Assembly: GCA_051362555.1 (NCBI GenBank)
Contig: CM120641.1
Span: 43,778,401 to 43,842,400, forward strand
DNA from: Lingula anatina
Lineage: Eukaryota > Animalia > Brachiopoda
Length of the DNA: 64,000 nt
Direction: 5' to 3'
In this document: positions 1 through 10,579 of the stretch, one piece after another
Layout: each line of letters opens with the position of its first letter
How positions within the stretch are numbered: the first letter of the stretch is position 1
Made by a program: the position numbers and the translations under genes
Notes under the pieces: model-generated
Databases searched by the model: none
Seen by the model: the letters and a program-made list of their open reading frames with translations, nothing else
What the model was told of the DNA's origin: nothing

Positions 1-60
1 ATTCCCATTGTAAATAACTTCAGGTTCTGTTACAGTTTTGTATGGATTATCTATTCTGAC

Positions 61-3000
61 TCATAAACCTCTTAGGAACCCTTCCATCCTTAAAAAGGAA
101 CTATTCTCATCATCAGAATAAAAGTCAGATTCAGAATCAGAATCTGCATATTTATACTGATCTCCAACAGTTACATCATCTTCCTGATTTACAACTGTGT
201 CTGTCACATTCTGCACTGCTACTGCCTTGTCATCTCCAACTCTCACATCATCCTCATCATCACTTGCAACTGTGACATCCTGATCTGCAACTGCCTTGTC
301 ATCTCCAACTGTCATATCATCATCATCATCACTTGCAACTGTGACTGTCACATCCTGATCTGTTTCAGCCTGATCCATTTGTGATTTTCTTTTCTTGTAA
401 TTAGATCTTCTACTTGGTGTCTGGGTGATAAAAAGTACAACTGCATTACTTCACAATTTGCCTTTAAAAAAAATATTATTCAGTTACACATATATTGGTT
501 GAGTTAAAATAAACTATAAGAAAAAAAGCTGTAAGATGGTACTTACCCACCAAAGAGTAATAGCCCCCATGGGATCAAAAGTATCTGGAGTGGCACCCTC
601 CAGTTTAATCTTCAAGAGATTGTTGAGGGTGGCATTACTCAGGCGCTGCCTTCTGTCTGTGAATAGTAGCTTCATATGAGAAAATGACACCTCACAGGAA
701 ACTGATGTGGGTGGAAGACTGTGAACAACATCAACCATCTTTAACACATTTGGGAAATCATTCCCCAATGTGTTGAACACCTTGTCCCATTGTAGGGTGG
801 AAATACTATCAAATCTGAAAGAAAAGTTTATACAGTTCTTCAACAACCACATCTGTATAAGTGTAATTGGATCAACATGTGCACAAGAAGTTCTACTTGT
901 CAAATCTAAAACAAAACAATAAGAATTCTTACATCAACTCTGTAAAAAATCATTTTGTGAATTAATTTGTTTTAGTAAAAGTACTTACGTCTTATAAATT
1001 ACTCCTTTGAGGAACCGCCACTCGGATATTGCTGTGGAAGCAGAAAACGGGAGATAACTACTAAATCTCTCCAAGACACATGGAATTTCTTTGTTGCCAA
1101 AACCTGAGAATAGTAATATTGCATTATAACTCTTTGGATTAAATTGAACAATTTAACACTATTGTTATAAATTCTGCAATATCGTATAGTATATCTGTAA
1201 AATCCAAAAGATCAGAAGAATTTTCAGAGGACAGTGAAATTTAAATTTTTAATAGAAAGACTAAAAAAACATATCAAGTATTGTTTCTTAAATATTCAGA
1301 AATATTGTTCAGTATAATCAAGGCATGCTAGTATAATTAATTCACACATTATTTTTAAATTAGTAATAAAACAAATTGAGCTGAATCAAAAAAAAAAAAT
1401 CATCAAATATGTAACTGAAAGCAAAAAATGTGAATTGGTAAAAGCAGCTGCATAACTTGACATGCAAAACTTTGAACAAACAAATATATAATATATAATG
1501 CTGACATGCAACAAGATAATTTCATCAAATATAAAACAGAAAAACTTAAAAATGCAACAAATAAAGTGAAAACTGAAAGAGAACAAAGTCAATAATCAAA
1601 GTTCCTAACTGGAAATGGCATTGGTGTCTTCCTTGTCTGGCCACTTCCTAAAATTGAAGACCTGCAGGTCTTTTACTATGGGATCCCCACTGCCAGCCAT
1701 GCGATCCGTAATAGCTTGGCACAAGTGTGCCAACATTTTGGCTCTGTACTCCATCTTCGGAGCAGTTCCCATCAGGGCAACACCTCTAAAAGTCCCTGTT
1801 GAAAGCATTTCATCGAGCTCTTCCAACTGCCTGCATAAAATCAGTAGATAGTAAATATCATGCAAGCTGACTTTTGCTTTTAAAATTAATTGATTAATTA
1901 AAAACACAGCAGACTGAAATGTTCTTAAAGCTTGAACATACCTGGTCTTTAAATCCACCAACTCATCAAGGGTCACTTCAACCCAAATACAAATGTCTGG
2001 TATGGTGACATCCTCTCTCTGGAGTTTGAGAGAAAGCTTGCTTAAGACTTCTAAGATTTCCTGAAAAATATGAAGCAAAAGGAAAAACAACTATTTGGAA
2101 GTTTGTTAGAGGACAATTTTAAAAGAGCTTTGGGACAAGCCATGATGGTTAATGAGTGCTTTTTAATGCCTGACTGGCTCTATTTAATGTAATTTACTCA
2201 TAGTATCAAATAGAATGTTAACTAAAGTACCTTCACCAAAAGTAAACATGCAACTACTTCCTTCGACTTCAAAAGCCTGCAGATGCCTTCAGCTTTACTG
2301 TTGTCTTGACTGCTGCTTGAGAGCTGTACATCTAAAGCAGAAAAAGATCTCACACATGCAGTGGTGGCCTTCCTCATGTGAGGTATCCATCTAAAAAAAA
2401 TCATTTTAACTTAAATACCAGAACATGTTAAACATAAATACTTTTAATTCTGTGTTAAATTATATAATTTATAAATTTACATAAATTTCTTTGGCCACTC
2501 TTCATAAGAAGAAAAAATTAATTAACTTAATTAAATTAAGGCCAACTTAAACAATTCATTTGACTGTTCCAAGAAGTAGTTTACCTAGTACCACCTGCTC
2601 TTGGTGGTATAACCCCATCAATTTGTAGCTCCTTGAAAACCCTTAACAACTGGGCCTTCTGTTTGCCGGATTTATGGTAAAAGTAATAGAGGCAGGTGAG
2701 CAGGTTTTGGGTCTAAAAGAGAGGAAACATGTAAAATGAAGCATGTTAAAAATGCTAATTGAAACAAATATTACATACTACTGATAGTTATATAAAGGAG
2801 GTAGTATCTGAGGTCACCTTATCGACAATCTTGTAGTTCTTCATAGCATCCTTCAGGGCCAATTCCAGACGGTGAGCAAGACAGTGCCATGTAAATATTT
2901 GAGGATGGTCTTTTTTCAACAATGCAGCAACTCCCTTTCGCTTTCCAATCATGTTGCTTGCTCCGTCTGACGTCAGTCCAATAATATTCTCTGATGGCAA

Positions 3001-4570
3001 GTTGTTTTCATTCAAGACGGACATTGCATGTTCAAATATATGTTGTGAGCAGGTGCTCACAGGAGTGCCTATATGCAAAAAATGTGTCACAACAACCCCC
3101 CTGTGGCTGCATCTGACGTACATCGATTCCTGCAAGAATAATTACATATTTATTTCTGATTACATCCTATTGATTGACAAGATAATCAAGATACGACTTA
3201 TATCTCTTTGCCTGTACATCTGACTGAATGTTTTATAATGCCATGAAAGCAACTTACAGTTGCCAAGTGTCTGAGAAAATCAAGTAACAAATGTTATATG
3301 AATACAAAAGGATTTTTAAAAAATAGTTCTGCATTTAGAAAACCTACATACCTGTTCTGTTCCACTCATATCTGTTGAGCCGTCCATCACAATACTATAA
3401 ACTTTGTTCTCAAATTTGTTTTTGGTACTGTTTCTCATATCATCAGCAATACATTCAACAAACTTTGTGCAGGAGGTTCTATTTAGGTGAGATGTCCCCA
3501 GTTTTGTCCCTTTGGCAATATCTAAATTGCAAAGCCATCTGAAAGATAGTCAAAGGTATATTTGTTAAATTGTTTTTATCCTCACAACAAATGAGAATAA
3601 AAGCTTAAAAATAAACCATAATTAAGAACATATAAGACTGCCACAATCACCTGAACAAAACTATATTAACAATGGATCATTTAAAAATTAACTTCACCTG
3701 TAATCACTGAGGGGCCGACCCATTTTGGCAACAAAATGGGCATTCCTAAATAAGACTTGATACTTCTGCAGTGCACTCTGGTGTAACACCTGCAGAGTCT
3801 TGGCAGCAGTGGACTCAGAGGAAGCAAGGCACTTTGGTTGTGAATTGGACAACGATGCCTGTACATGAGCTGATGACTTCTCATGGTCGTCCAAGGCAGA
3901 CTTACGAAAGTTGCTAGACCCTGAACATAAAAAGAAGATTTATAAGAATATTGTTTCATCAGGGATGAATGTGAATAACTTAGCACTAACTTTGCTGTGA
4001 CTGCTCCTATTTAAAAAAGATAAATTATGAAGAGGTGTAAACATAATTCACTGTGGCTGTTTCTTTAAGCAAATATTTTGTTTTGTCAACAATGAAAACG
4101 AATGCAAATAACTGTCAACAAACTTAACTGTTATTACCTTGCACAAAGGGATTGTTACTCTGACTTCCTTGAGAGCGACAATACGTGCATACCATCTTTC
4201 CTGATTCTAACTGTAACCACGGTCTTCCCTCCTGTGAAAAGAACCAACTTTTAACACCGTAAGCTTGGAACTACCGCTGTGAGTTGCCTAAAGTTGAAAG
4301 GAGATTTAAAGCTTCCCAAAATTACACCGAATTTGATTAACTACGACTTCAAACCAAAATAAATAAATAAATAAAAACACGTGTTCAGTTCAGTTCATAA
4401 ACCACCTCTTTCACTTATTTACTAGAAAATTGCAGAGCACTTACTTTCCATCTCTCCTCAAATTTCCTTTCTTTTCTATGTAATTCATATTTTTGGTGGG
4501 CTGAACTTAGCTTTGGGTTAACTTTCTTGCCGGGCCTCGCACCCTCCGACCACTTCAAGAATGCAGACAT
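61..4570 (-). CDS. hAT-superfamily transposase (ZNF862-like: TTF zinc finger, DUF4371/RNase-H-like DDE core, hAT dimerisation domain, acidic tail), 12 exons, ~770 aa
   Basis: Phase-consistent GT-AG exons: 4570-4445, 4231-4138, 3920-3698, 3538-3352, 3129-2818, 2712-2585, 2390-2231, 2060-1942, 1830-1610, 1103-989, 814-547, 420-61 (2313 nt, no internal stop). Motifs: RKFEERWK-EGRPWL..MVCTYC..HEKSSAH (TTF Zn finger), SIVMDGSTD, LTSDGASNM, WHCLAHRLEL, GGTRW, LPPTSVSCEVSFSHMK..RQRLS. Confidence 0.9.
130..378 (-). repeat. Coding tandem repeat (~3 units of ~69 bp) forming an acidic C-terminal tail
   Basis: Units encode VTVASDDDDDMTVGDDKAVADQD / VTVASDDEDDVRVGDDKAVAVQN / VTDTVVNQEDDVTVGDQYKYADS. Confidence 0.85.
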
Positions 4571-5387
4571 GTTTGACCGTAAATCATCCTCCAAGCAGTG
4601 GAGAGTTCCGTAGCTAGGGGAAAACCCCTACATTCGTTTGAAACGGATACTACGATTGGCTAGCGTACATTTGTATGTTATTTGTGACAAGGTGCGATCG
4701 ACTTTTACCTTTTGTTTAATTAGTAAATGAAAGAAAAACGCTATGGCTTGGATAGAAATTTATTTGTGAGGTACGTCGAGCGCTGACTGTAAATTCAACA
4801 TGGCGGCTCTTAAAAATCTTGCCGGTCCTTTGGACCGACCAAGTCCAATTTTTTACCGGTCCAGACAAATTTTGCCGGTCATGACCGATCGGACCGACAG
4901 TTTCAGCATGTCTGTAAGTTGAGGGTTCAAGTTATAAAAAATAAACTTGGACATTCTCAAACAAAAAAATGTGTGACCTTTCCAAGCCACTGCATTTATC
5001 ACTTGCATCTAAAAACATTTGTGGTTCACTGTTATATATGTACAGTACTCATCCAAAAACCCAGGACTGTCCTTCCTACAAAAGCACCTTCGAAATAATC
5101 GTAAATACCAAACTGTTCTACAAATAATGCAGCATGTCAGAGTAAAATCTCTAAATAGAACTGCCACATATTTTACATAATGACAAAATTACCTTGCTTG
5201 GAATAATAATAATGTGAGATATAATAAATCATGTGAATTAAAAGTGAAAATCTTATATCCCGTTCACACTACAATCTGAAATATCCTAATATTTGCAATG
5301 CAAATTACAGGTGAAAAATCTGATTCGGTTGTCTGGCCACACACAGCAAAGGGAAACTGAATTGTGCACTGAAAATCCAGATGGAGG

Positions 5388-5415
5388 TTCCGGTTTGAAG
5401 AATCGCGCATGCGCA
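5388..5415. promoter_or_regulatory. Candidate promoter: ETS core (TTCCGG, 5388-5393) next to an NRF1-type palindrome (CGCGCATGCGCA, 5404-5415)
   Basis: Near-consensus NRF1 site with retained CpGs in a CpG-poor background, next to an ETS core. No host gene starts here. Confidence 0.4.
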
Positions 5416-5707
5416 GAATCTATGAAAACCTTGGGCTATGTCATTGTAGACATGCTGATTCCTCTTCTTTGTTAGGCTTTTTTGGTGCTTATCCTACCTC
5501 CATATGTCAATCAAACAAGAAATTTCTTTGTGGGTCCACTGACCTGGCATGTTGCTTTTCTTTCCCGCGAGATTTGCTGGTGCATTCTCGATCAGCCTAA
5601 GCTGACCAGCCAAGGAATCAATACACGGTACTCATCACTAGAAATACTCCTTCCCAGCATCTACCCTTGACCAGGTCGTACCCCTCCTGGCCAGCAACAT
5701 GGTGTTC

Positions 5708-7991
5708 TTACTCAACATTGGGCCCCAGCCGGTCTAAATACAACCAACGCCCATTCTCCACAGTGATCTTGAGGATGTCTTCCCAGTCACACCCACGAAT
5801 TCTTGCCACGACTTCTGCTACTTTCCCCAGGAAAGCTGGAGTTGACTTATTCCTTGTTGGAAATCCGAAGTAGGGAGCATCAGTTTCCAGCAATAACCTT
5901 TGAGCAGGCATCCACTGTAACATCTCCATTGCTCTCCTACCCCTAGACATATCCATATACCTCCTAAAGATAGCAGTAGCTCCAAATTCGGTATTGGAAA
6001 AATATTGTACTCACTTCTCTGCCATCCTCCTGGACCCTGTGAAACATTGACAGTGAATTAATTGATCACTTTTCCCATTCTCAGCCAATCAGGGAATGTT
6101 TAAAACATGTCCCCAAACCAGGTTAGTAGCTGAGTCATCCTTGGGCCCTCGACAGTGGAGCACTAGTACCTGGTCTTCTCTTAGCAACGTAAGAGTTCTT
6201 TCCAGCACTTCACACTGCGCTTCCCACTGCCATGATGAGGTGGTGAAATCCACACCAATCTCACCCAGAACAGACACTTCCGGGTTGCTGGCTGCCTGTT
6301 CAAACTTTGTCCAGCCCTCTTGGTCAAACTCGTGTCTGGGGTGCCAACCCACCGACACCACGGCTCCCTCTGCCTTCAGAGAAGCCACCTCCTCAGCACT
6401 TGGATATGTTGCTGGGTCACAGAATATAACAGTAGCCCCGGGAACTGTTATTTCCTTGTCATCCACCTGTCTGGCCTCGATGACATCCTTCAACCCAGCT
6501 GTTGCTGATAATTCCAAGTGCTGGCGCACACGATCCACATGAGAATGACTGTCATATCCCACTGGAGGCTTAGGAATAGCCAGCTCTTCATCCTCTTTGT
6601 TGGAACATGTGCTCCTATACGCCTCCAGATCCGACGGCCATAACCGACGGCTATCAAGCTCAGCAAGGGTTTTCACAACAGCAGGGATCCAACTCTGAGG
6701 GCATACTCGCCTGATAACCCCAGGCCTTGGATAAATTTATCCACACCCTCCTTTCTACGCGGAGGAATCTCCTGATCCCTCTGCTCCATAAAATCACAGG
6801 CCTGGCATAACCTGTCCAACTTTGCCTGCATCCCAAACAGCCGAGTTGCGAGAAGGTGAAGAGCTCCAAATCTTCTTATCTCCATTCCCTTGCCGTCAAA
6901 CACCGGATGAAACACAGGAGGGATGTGTTTAGTCCATGCATGTTTCTCCGTTAAAACGCTATTACATCCAAACATTGGACACATGTTAGGACTCAGCGCA
7001 CTAGGTCCTGCGCCCACGGCACTGGTAACTCCCCCTTGACTGGAGCAACCACTCTGCCTTTGTCTCTTAGCGTGGGCCCATGTACCCAGCTCCTAGAGAC
7101 CACTCTTTGAAGGTTTAGTTCCAACCTTGCTCGATGAACTTCCCTTGGAGTCATCCCGTCTGCTCGATGAACTCCCCCTGGAGTCATCCCGTCTCGCCTT
7201 GGACACATCTTTACGCTTTCCTTGAAAGTGGGCAATCCCTGACTATGTGCCCCAGTTCAGAACATCTGAAACACCAATCCTCCTCAGACAGAGTTGGACA
7301 CTTTCGAGCCACATGCCCCACTTTTTTGCACCTGAAACACCTTTTCTCCTCATCCTTCTTGGGAACTTTAGAAGGTACCTTAGGAGGTGCTTCATGCCTT
7401 GTTGATTCCTTGGTTTTTTTAACAAACCCTGCCCGACTCTTAGGCCGTGGTTGGTAAGAGCCCTCAGTCTTAGCTGACTTTTCTCGACTCTGTAACGCTA
7501 CCAAACCACCTGGACTTGGTTTCTTAACAGCCTCCGCGTACGTTAGCTTTTCCCGCAAGTCCATCTCATTACCCCAGCTGGTAAGGGTAGCCCTCGGTGA
7601 CCTCCTCACCGGACTTGAAGGTGTATCCACCTCCATTGACTCAGTAGGAGTCCTCAGTATACTGTTTGATACTGACCCCGACTCCTCACTCTCCCCTCGC
7701 ACTACTTCCTCTAACCACAGTGCTCGGAGTCACTATATCCACCCTGTGCTCCAAAGTAGGGTCCTCTTGAAGTCTGACATCTCGATATGTGGCATGCCAC
7801 GCCTCTCGAGTAACCTTCCCTTTTCTGGGAGTGGCAACCCTGGCAACATGCTCACATACCCAACTGCAGGATTGAAAACCCACAGACAACAGGCCCTTAG
7901 CACAATCTTTGTGCCAAGCCTACGCATCTCTCTCCCTAGAGAGTGCCACCTGCTTCAGCAACAGTGCCTCAGCATCCCCCTGCAAGGCCAT
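5708..7991 (-). pseudogene. Disrupted intronless ORF: gag-like double CCHC zinc knuckle + Cys/His motif + C-terminal TatD-family nuclease
   Basis: Consecutive ORF pieces joined by frameshifts and stops: CFRCKKVGHVARKC and CFRCSELGHIVRDC (7211-7702); CPMFGC..KHAWTKHIP (6673-7017); TatD motifs GYDSHSHVDR, IFCDP, VGWHP, LGEIGVD, LVLHCRG (6089-6676), IHCQCFTG (~6030-6060, followed by a stop), RLLLETDAPYF..ITVENGRWLY (5708-5956). Putative ATG at 7991. Confidence 0.8.
7128..7193. repeat. 33-bp tandem duplication inside the zinc-knuckle/TatD ORF
   Basis: TGCTCGATGAACTTCCCTTGGAGTCATCCCGTC followed by TGCTCGATGAACTCCCCCTGGAGTCATCCCGTC; encodes DGMTPGGVHRA/DGMTPREVHRA. Confidence 0.9.
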
Positions 7992-8617
7992 TCTAACAAT
8001 ACTGGATTGAATAATATTGATGGGCTAACCACTACATGTTTTGTTGAACAAATTGTAAGTTCAAAATTTATATTTCTTAAAATAACTTTATGATCATGCA
8101 TGTTCTGTAACTACTTGACTAACTTTGATGCATTGATTTCCTCAAACATGTCATCTGACATTGTCTACTTTGGCACAGTTGTCCATTTACATTTCTTAAC
8201 ATTAACTTTTTTACATCAGGTGTATACATTGGGTGTAATGTCAATGTCACGAGTCATAATCATTGAAAACTTGTCCAAAATACAAAACTAATGCAATGAA
8301 TCATCAACTTCTAAAAGAGCAATGAGGTGTGACATGAGCATTAATATCTTTAAGTGTTAAAAGAAACTGTGCAGAAGGTTTCCTCGTTGAAGTGGTTGCA
8401 CAGCTTTAAATTAAGAGAAACCAAAGCCAATCATAATTAACATAACATCATATGTCGTCAGTATTTAACAATGAACATCACATGCTCAACAAAGTAACTC
8501 ACATATAAGTCTCAAGTACCTAATTATCTGTTATGTATACTATACACCATGCATGACCTACTGAGTATGACTGGGATAGACCCACAGATCCATTTGGCAT
8601 ATGTTTGTTCATGAAAA

Positions 8618-8940
8618 TGAGGGATCACCCTCCGATACGAAGCACTTGGGCGTGATATGTCCTGGTACGTTGCTGCAAATGCTCATGCTCCAAGTGCAGT
8701 TTCACACTGTGGTTGGAGTTTTTCACAGGTGGTAGCAGGCACTCGATATCGAAGGTTGCCTGATAAGGGCATTATCTATCTTCCTTGGGGATAACCAGAC
8801 CGTAATCCGCCAGTTTGTCAAAAATTGTTGGAGGTGTATTGTACGCTTTACCTGGGAATCACTATTCCACACTAGTTTCACATGTCCATTCGTGACGATG
8901 AAGATCACCTTTATGCTTGAACATTTTGTCGCCTTTTGGG
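8618..8940 (-). mobile_element. Polinton/Maverick (adintovirus-like) protein-primed DNA polymerase B fragment, degenerate
   Basis: Reading through stops and one frameshift: KGDKMFKHKGDLHRHEWTCETSVE**FPGKAYNTPPTIFDKLADYGLVIPKEDR*CPYQATFDIECLL...EHEH / SICSNVPGHITPKCFVSEGDP. This matches the Zn-finger + ExoI (FDIE) region of Polinton pPolB. Confidence 0.75.
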
Positions 8941-9300
8941 CTGGCTGAGAGGCAGGTATGGCATAAATGTGCAAAACGACAGTTCCTCATGCCACATCCC
9001 TGTCTTCCGTAGAAATTCAAGCGCACAGGACGGCCTGAGATGGGGTCTATTTTATTCTGTCTTGGCTGTCTTGTGCTCCTTTGATGTTGTGTAGGGGTTT
9101 GTCTGAGCGTAAAAAGTAGCTGCATCAGGAAGACGTTGTCTGTCCCCCATTGGAAACCCTGAACTGCCTGGAGCTTCTGATACTCTGCATCATATTTGAG
9201 CAGGGACGTCCAAGTAAAAGTCTGGGCCATACACGCTATTTTCATGACATATCCAATGTAGCTACTGTGTTTCTGACGGGGTCTCTTGTTGAGATGGACA
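8941..9300 (-). mobile_element. DIRS/tyrosine-recombinase retrotransposon ORF1 (gag-like) C-terminal fragment
   Basis: YIGYVMKIACMAQTFTWTSLLKYDAEYQKLQAVQGFQWGTDN...NFYGRQGCGMRNCRFAHLCHTC: the W..YD..R..Q....W block plus terminal Cys/His finger typical of DIRS/Ngaro-type ORF1. Confidence 0.65.
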
Positions 9301-9391
9301 TGTTCTCTTAATAACACTGAAAGTAACATATAAAAAGGTAAAATAACTGCACTTGGACCAAATCTCGTATATAGTTCAATCAAGTATAGTA

Positions 9392-10560
9392 CTAAGTAAC
9401 TTTCTTTACTTTGACACACTTTAAGTGGAACCACTCAATCTCACAATTGTCACTGTCAAAGGCAATCGTGGCATCCAACTCCTCTGGTCCATTGCAAACA
9501 CAAAATGACTGTGTTGAAGCTGTTTCTATAATCTTAGGTGATGAGTAATATTTACACAGCAATTCAGGGATTACTGCACTGGTGAAAAACTCCCTCGCCT
9601 TGCATACCATATTACTCTACATCAAACAGTTCCTTGTAATTCTTTCAATATGAATGTCTCCCTCTGTCCATACCACAAAATCGCAAAACTCAACACCACA
9701 CGTGTAGCTGTGTTTGGACCTGGAACATATACTGGTGGTGGCGTATGAGATGCAGCCTTCCTCCACTGAGGTATACGCATGAATTGGGATTCTTGGCATA
9801 TTCTTCAATGGTGTCGTGTCTTGCACAGAATGGGCACTTGATATCCAGAACACCAGCGCCACAGCAATCACACGATGTCTGTCCATCAGGAGATGCACCG
9901 ATAATGGGATATTGGTATCAGTTCCGAAACCCTAATGATTTAAAACAAAATTCTCCTGACTTTCCTCCAATAATTTCAAGTACTCAGTTCTAGCCTGCTT
10001 CTCATGTGTGCAACCCCATCTTGTAGCTGGTGATGTGAAAGATGAAGACTGAAGATAGCAAATGTTCTGAATGAGTGACCAGGATGGAGAATCTGGATTT
10101 GAGTGACACACCTGTCTCATTCAGAGATATCTATAGCCTGACACTTGTAATTCTGCCAGCTCTAAAGTTGTGCCACAGTTTGCTGTCAGCTTGATCCTTA
10201 GTAGCCTGCTCTACAGCACTGACTTCAGCCGATGTGACAGAGATATCTATAGCCTGACATTTGTCCAACAGATCTGGAAATGAGATATCACCAAAGTCCT
10301 TGTTATAGAGTTCAGTCAGTTGAGCTGGTAACTGTTCCCTCAGTGTGGTGGGGATGAAGTCAGTGCTCTGTCCAGGAACAGTACGTAAGATGACAGCTTT
10401 TGAATTGATGGTTTTCGGTTTAGAAAAAAGGTCCACAAAGCAGGTGGTACCGTCCGACTTGACCTTTTTCAAAGTGTTTTATCGCCCTCATCTGTCATGA
10501 GAATCTTCCACTGCGCTTCACTGGAGGAACACATAACAATTTAGGCATGATACCCTGCCT
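9392..10560 (-). pseudogene. YqaJ/lambda-exonuclease-like PD-(D/E)XK nuclease + PHD finger, transposon-derived, degenerate (copy 1)
   Basis: QADSKLWHNFRAGRIT, SPATRWGCTHEKQAR, IGASPDG..SCDCCGAGVLDIKCPF, HQYMFQVQTQL..CDFVVWT, then CVCNGPEE..DNCEIEWFHLKCV (PHD). Multiple frameshifts and stops. Confidence 0.8.
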
Positions 10561-10579
10561 GTGAAATACTCTTGCCTTA

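Larger units (their letters stand above)
1..4914 (-). mobile_element. Autonomous-looking hAT DNA transposon; 5' end at ~4914, other end outside the window
   Basis: Upstream of the transposase ATG, a cluster of GACCG/CCGGTC subterminal motifs (4820-4900) ends in a CAG-initiated terminus (CAGACATGCTGAAAC read on minus from 4914). The matching TIR and TSD cannot be seen. Confidence 0.65.

Noticed and set aside
1831-1941. In-frame, stop-free 111-bp segment within hAT ORF 1605-2090
   Set aside because: It has GT-AG ends and AT-rich composition and is best treated as an intron; retention cannot be shown from DNA.
6096-8093. Plus-strand ORFs (148, 107, 115 aa) over the TatD/knuckle region
   Set aside because: Antisense shadows of the GC-richer minus-strand ORF; no motifs.
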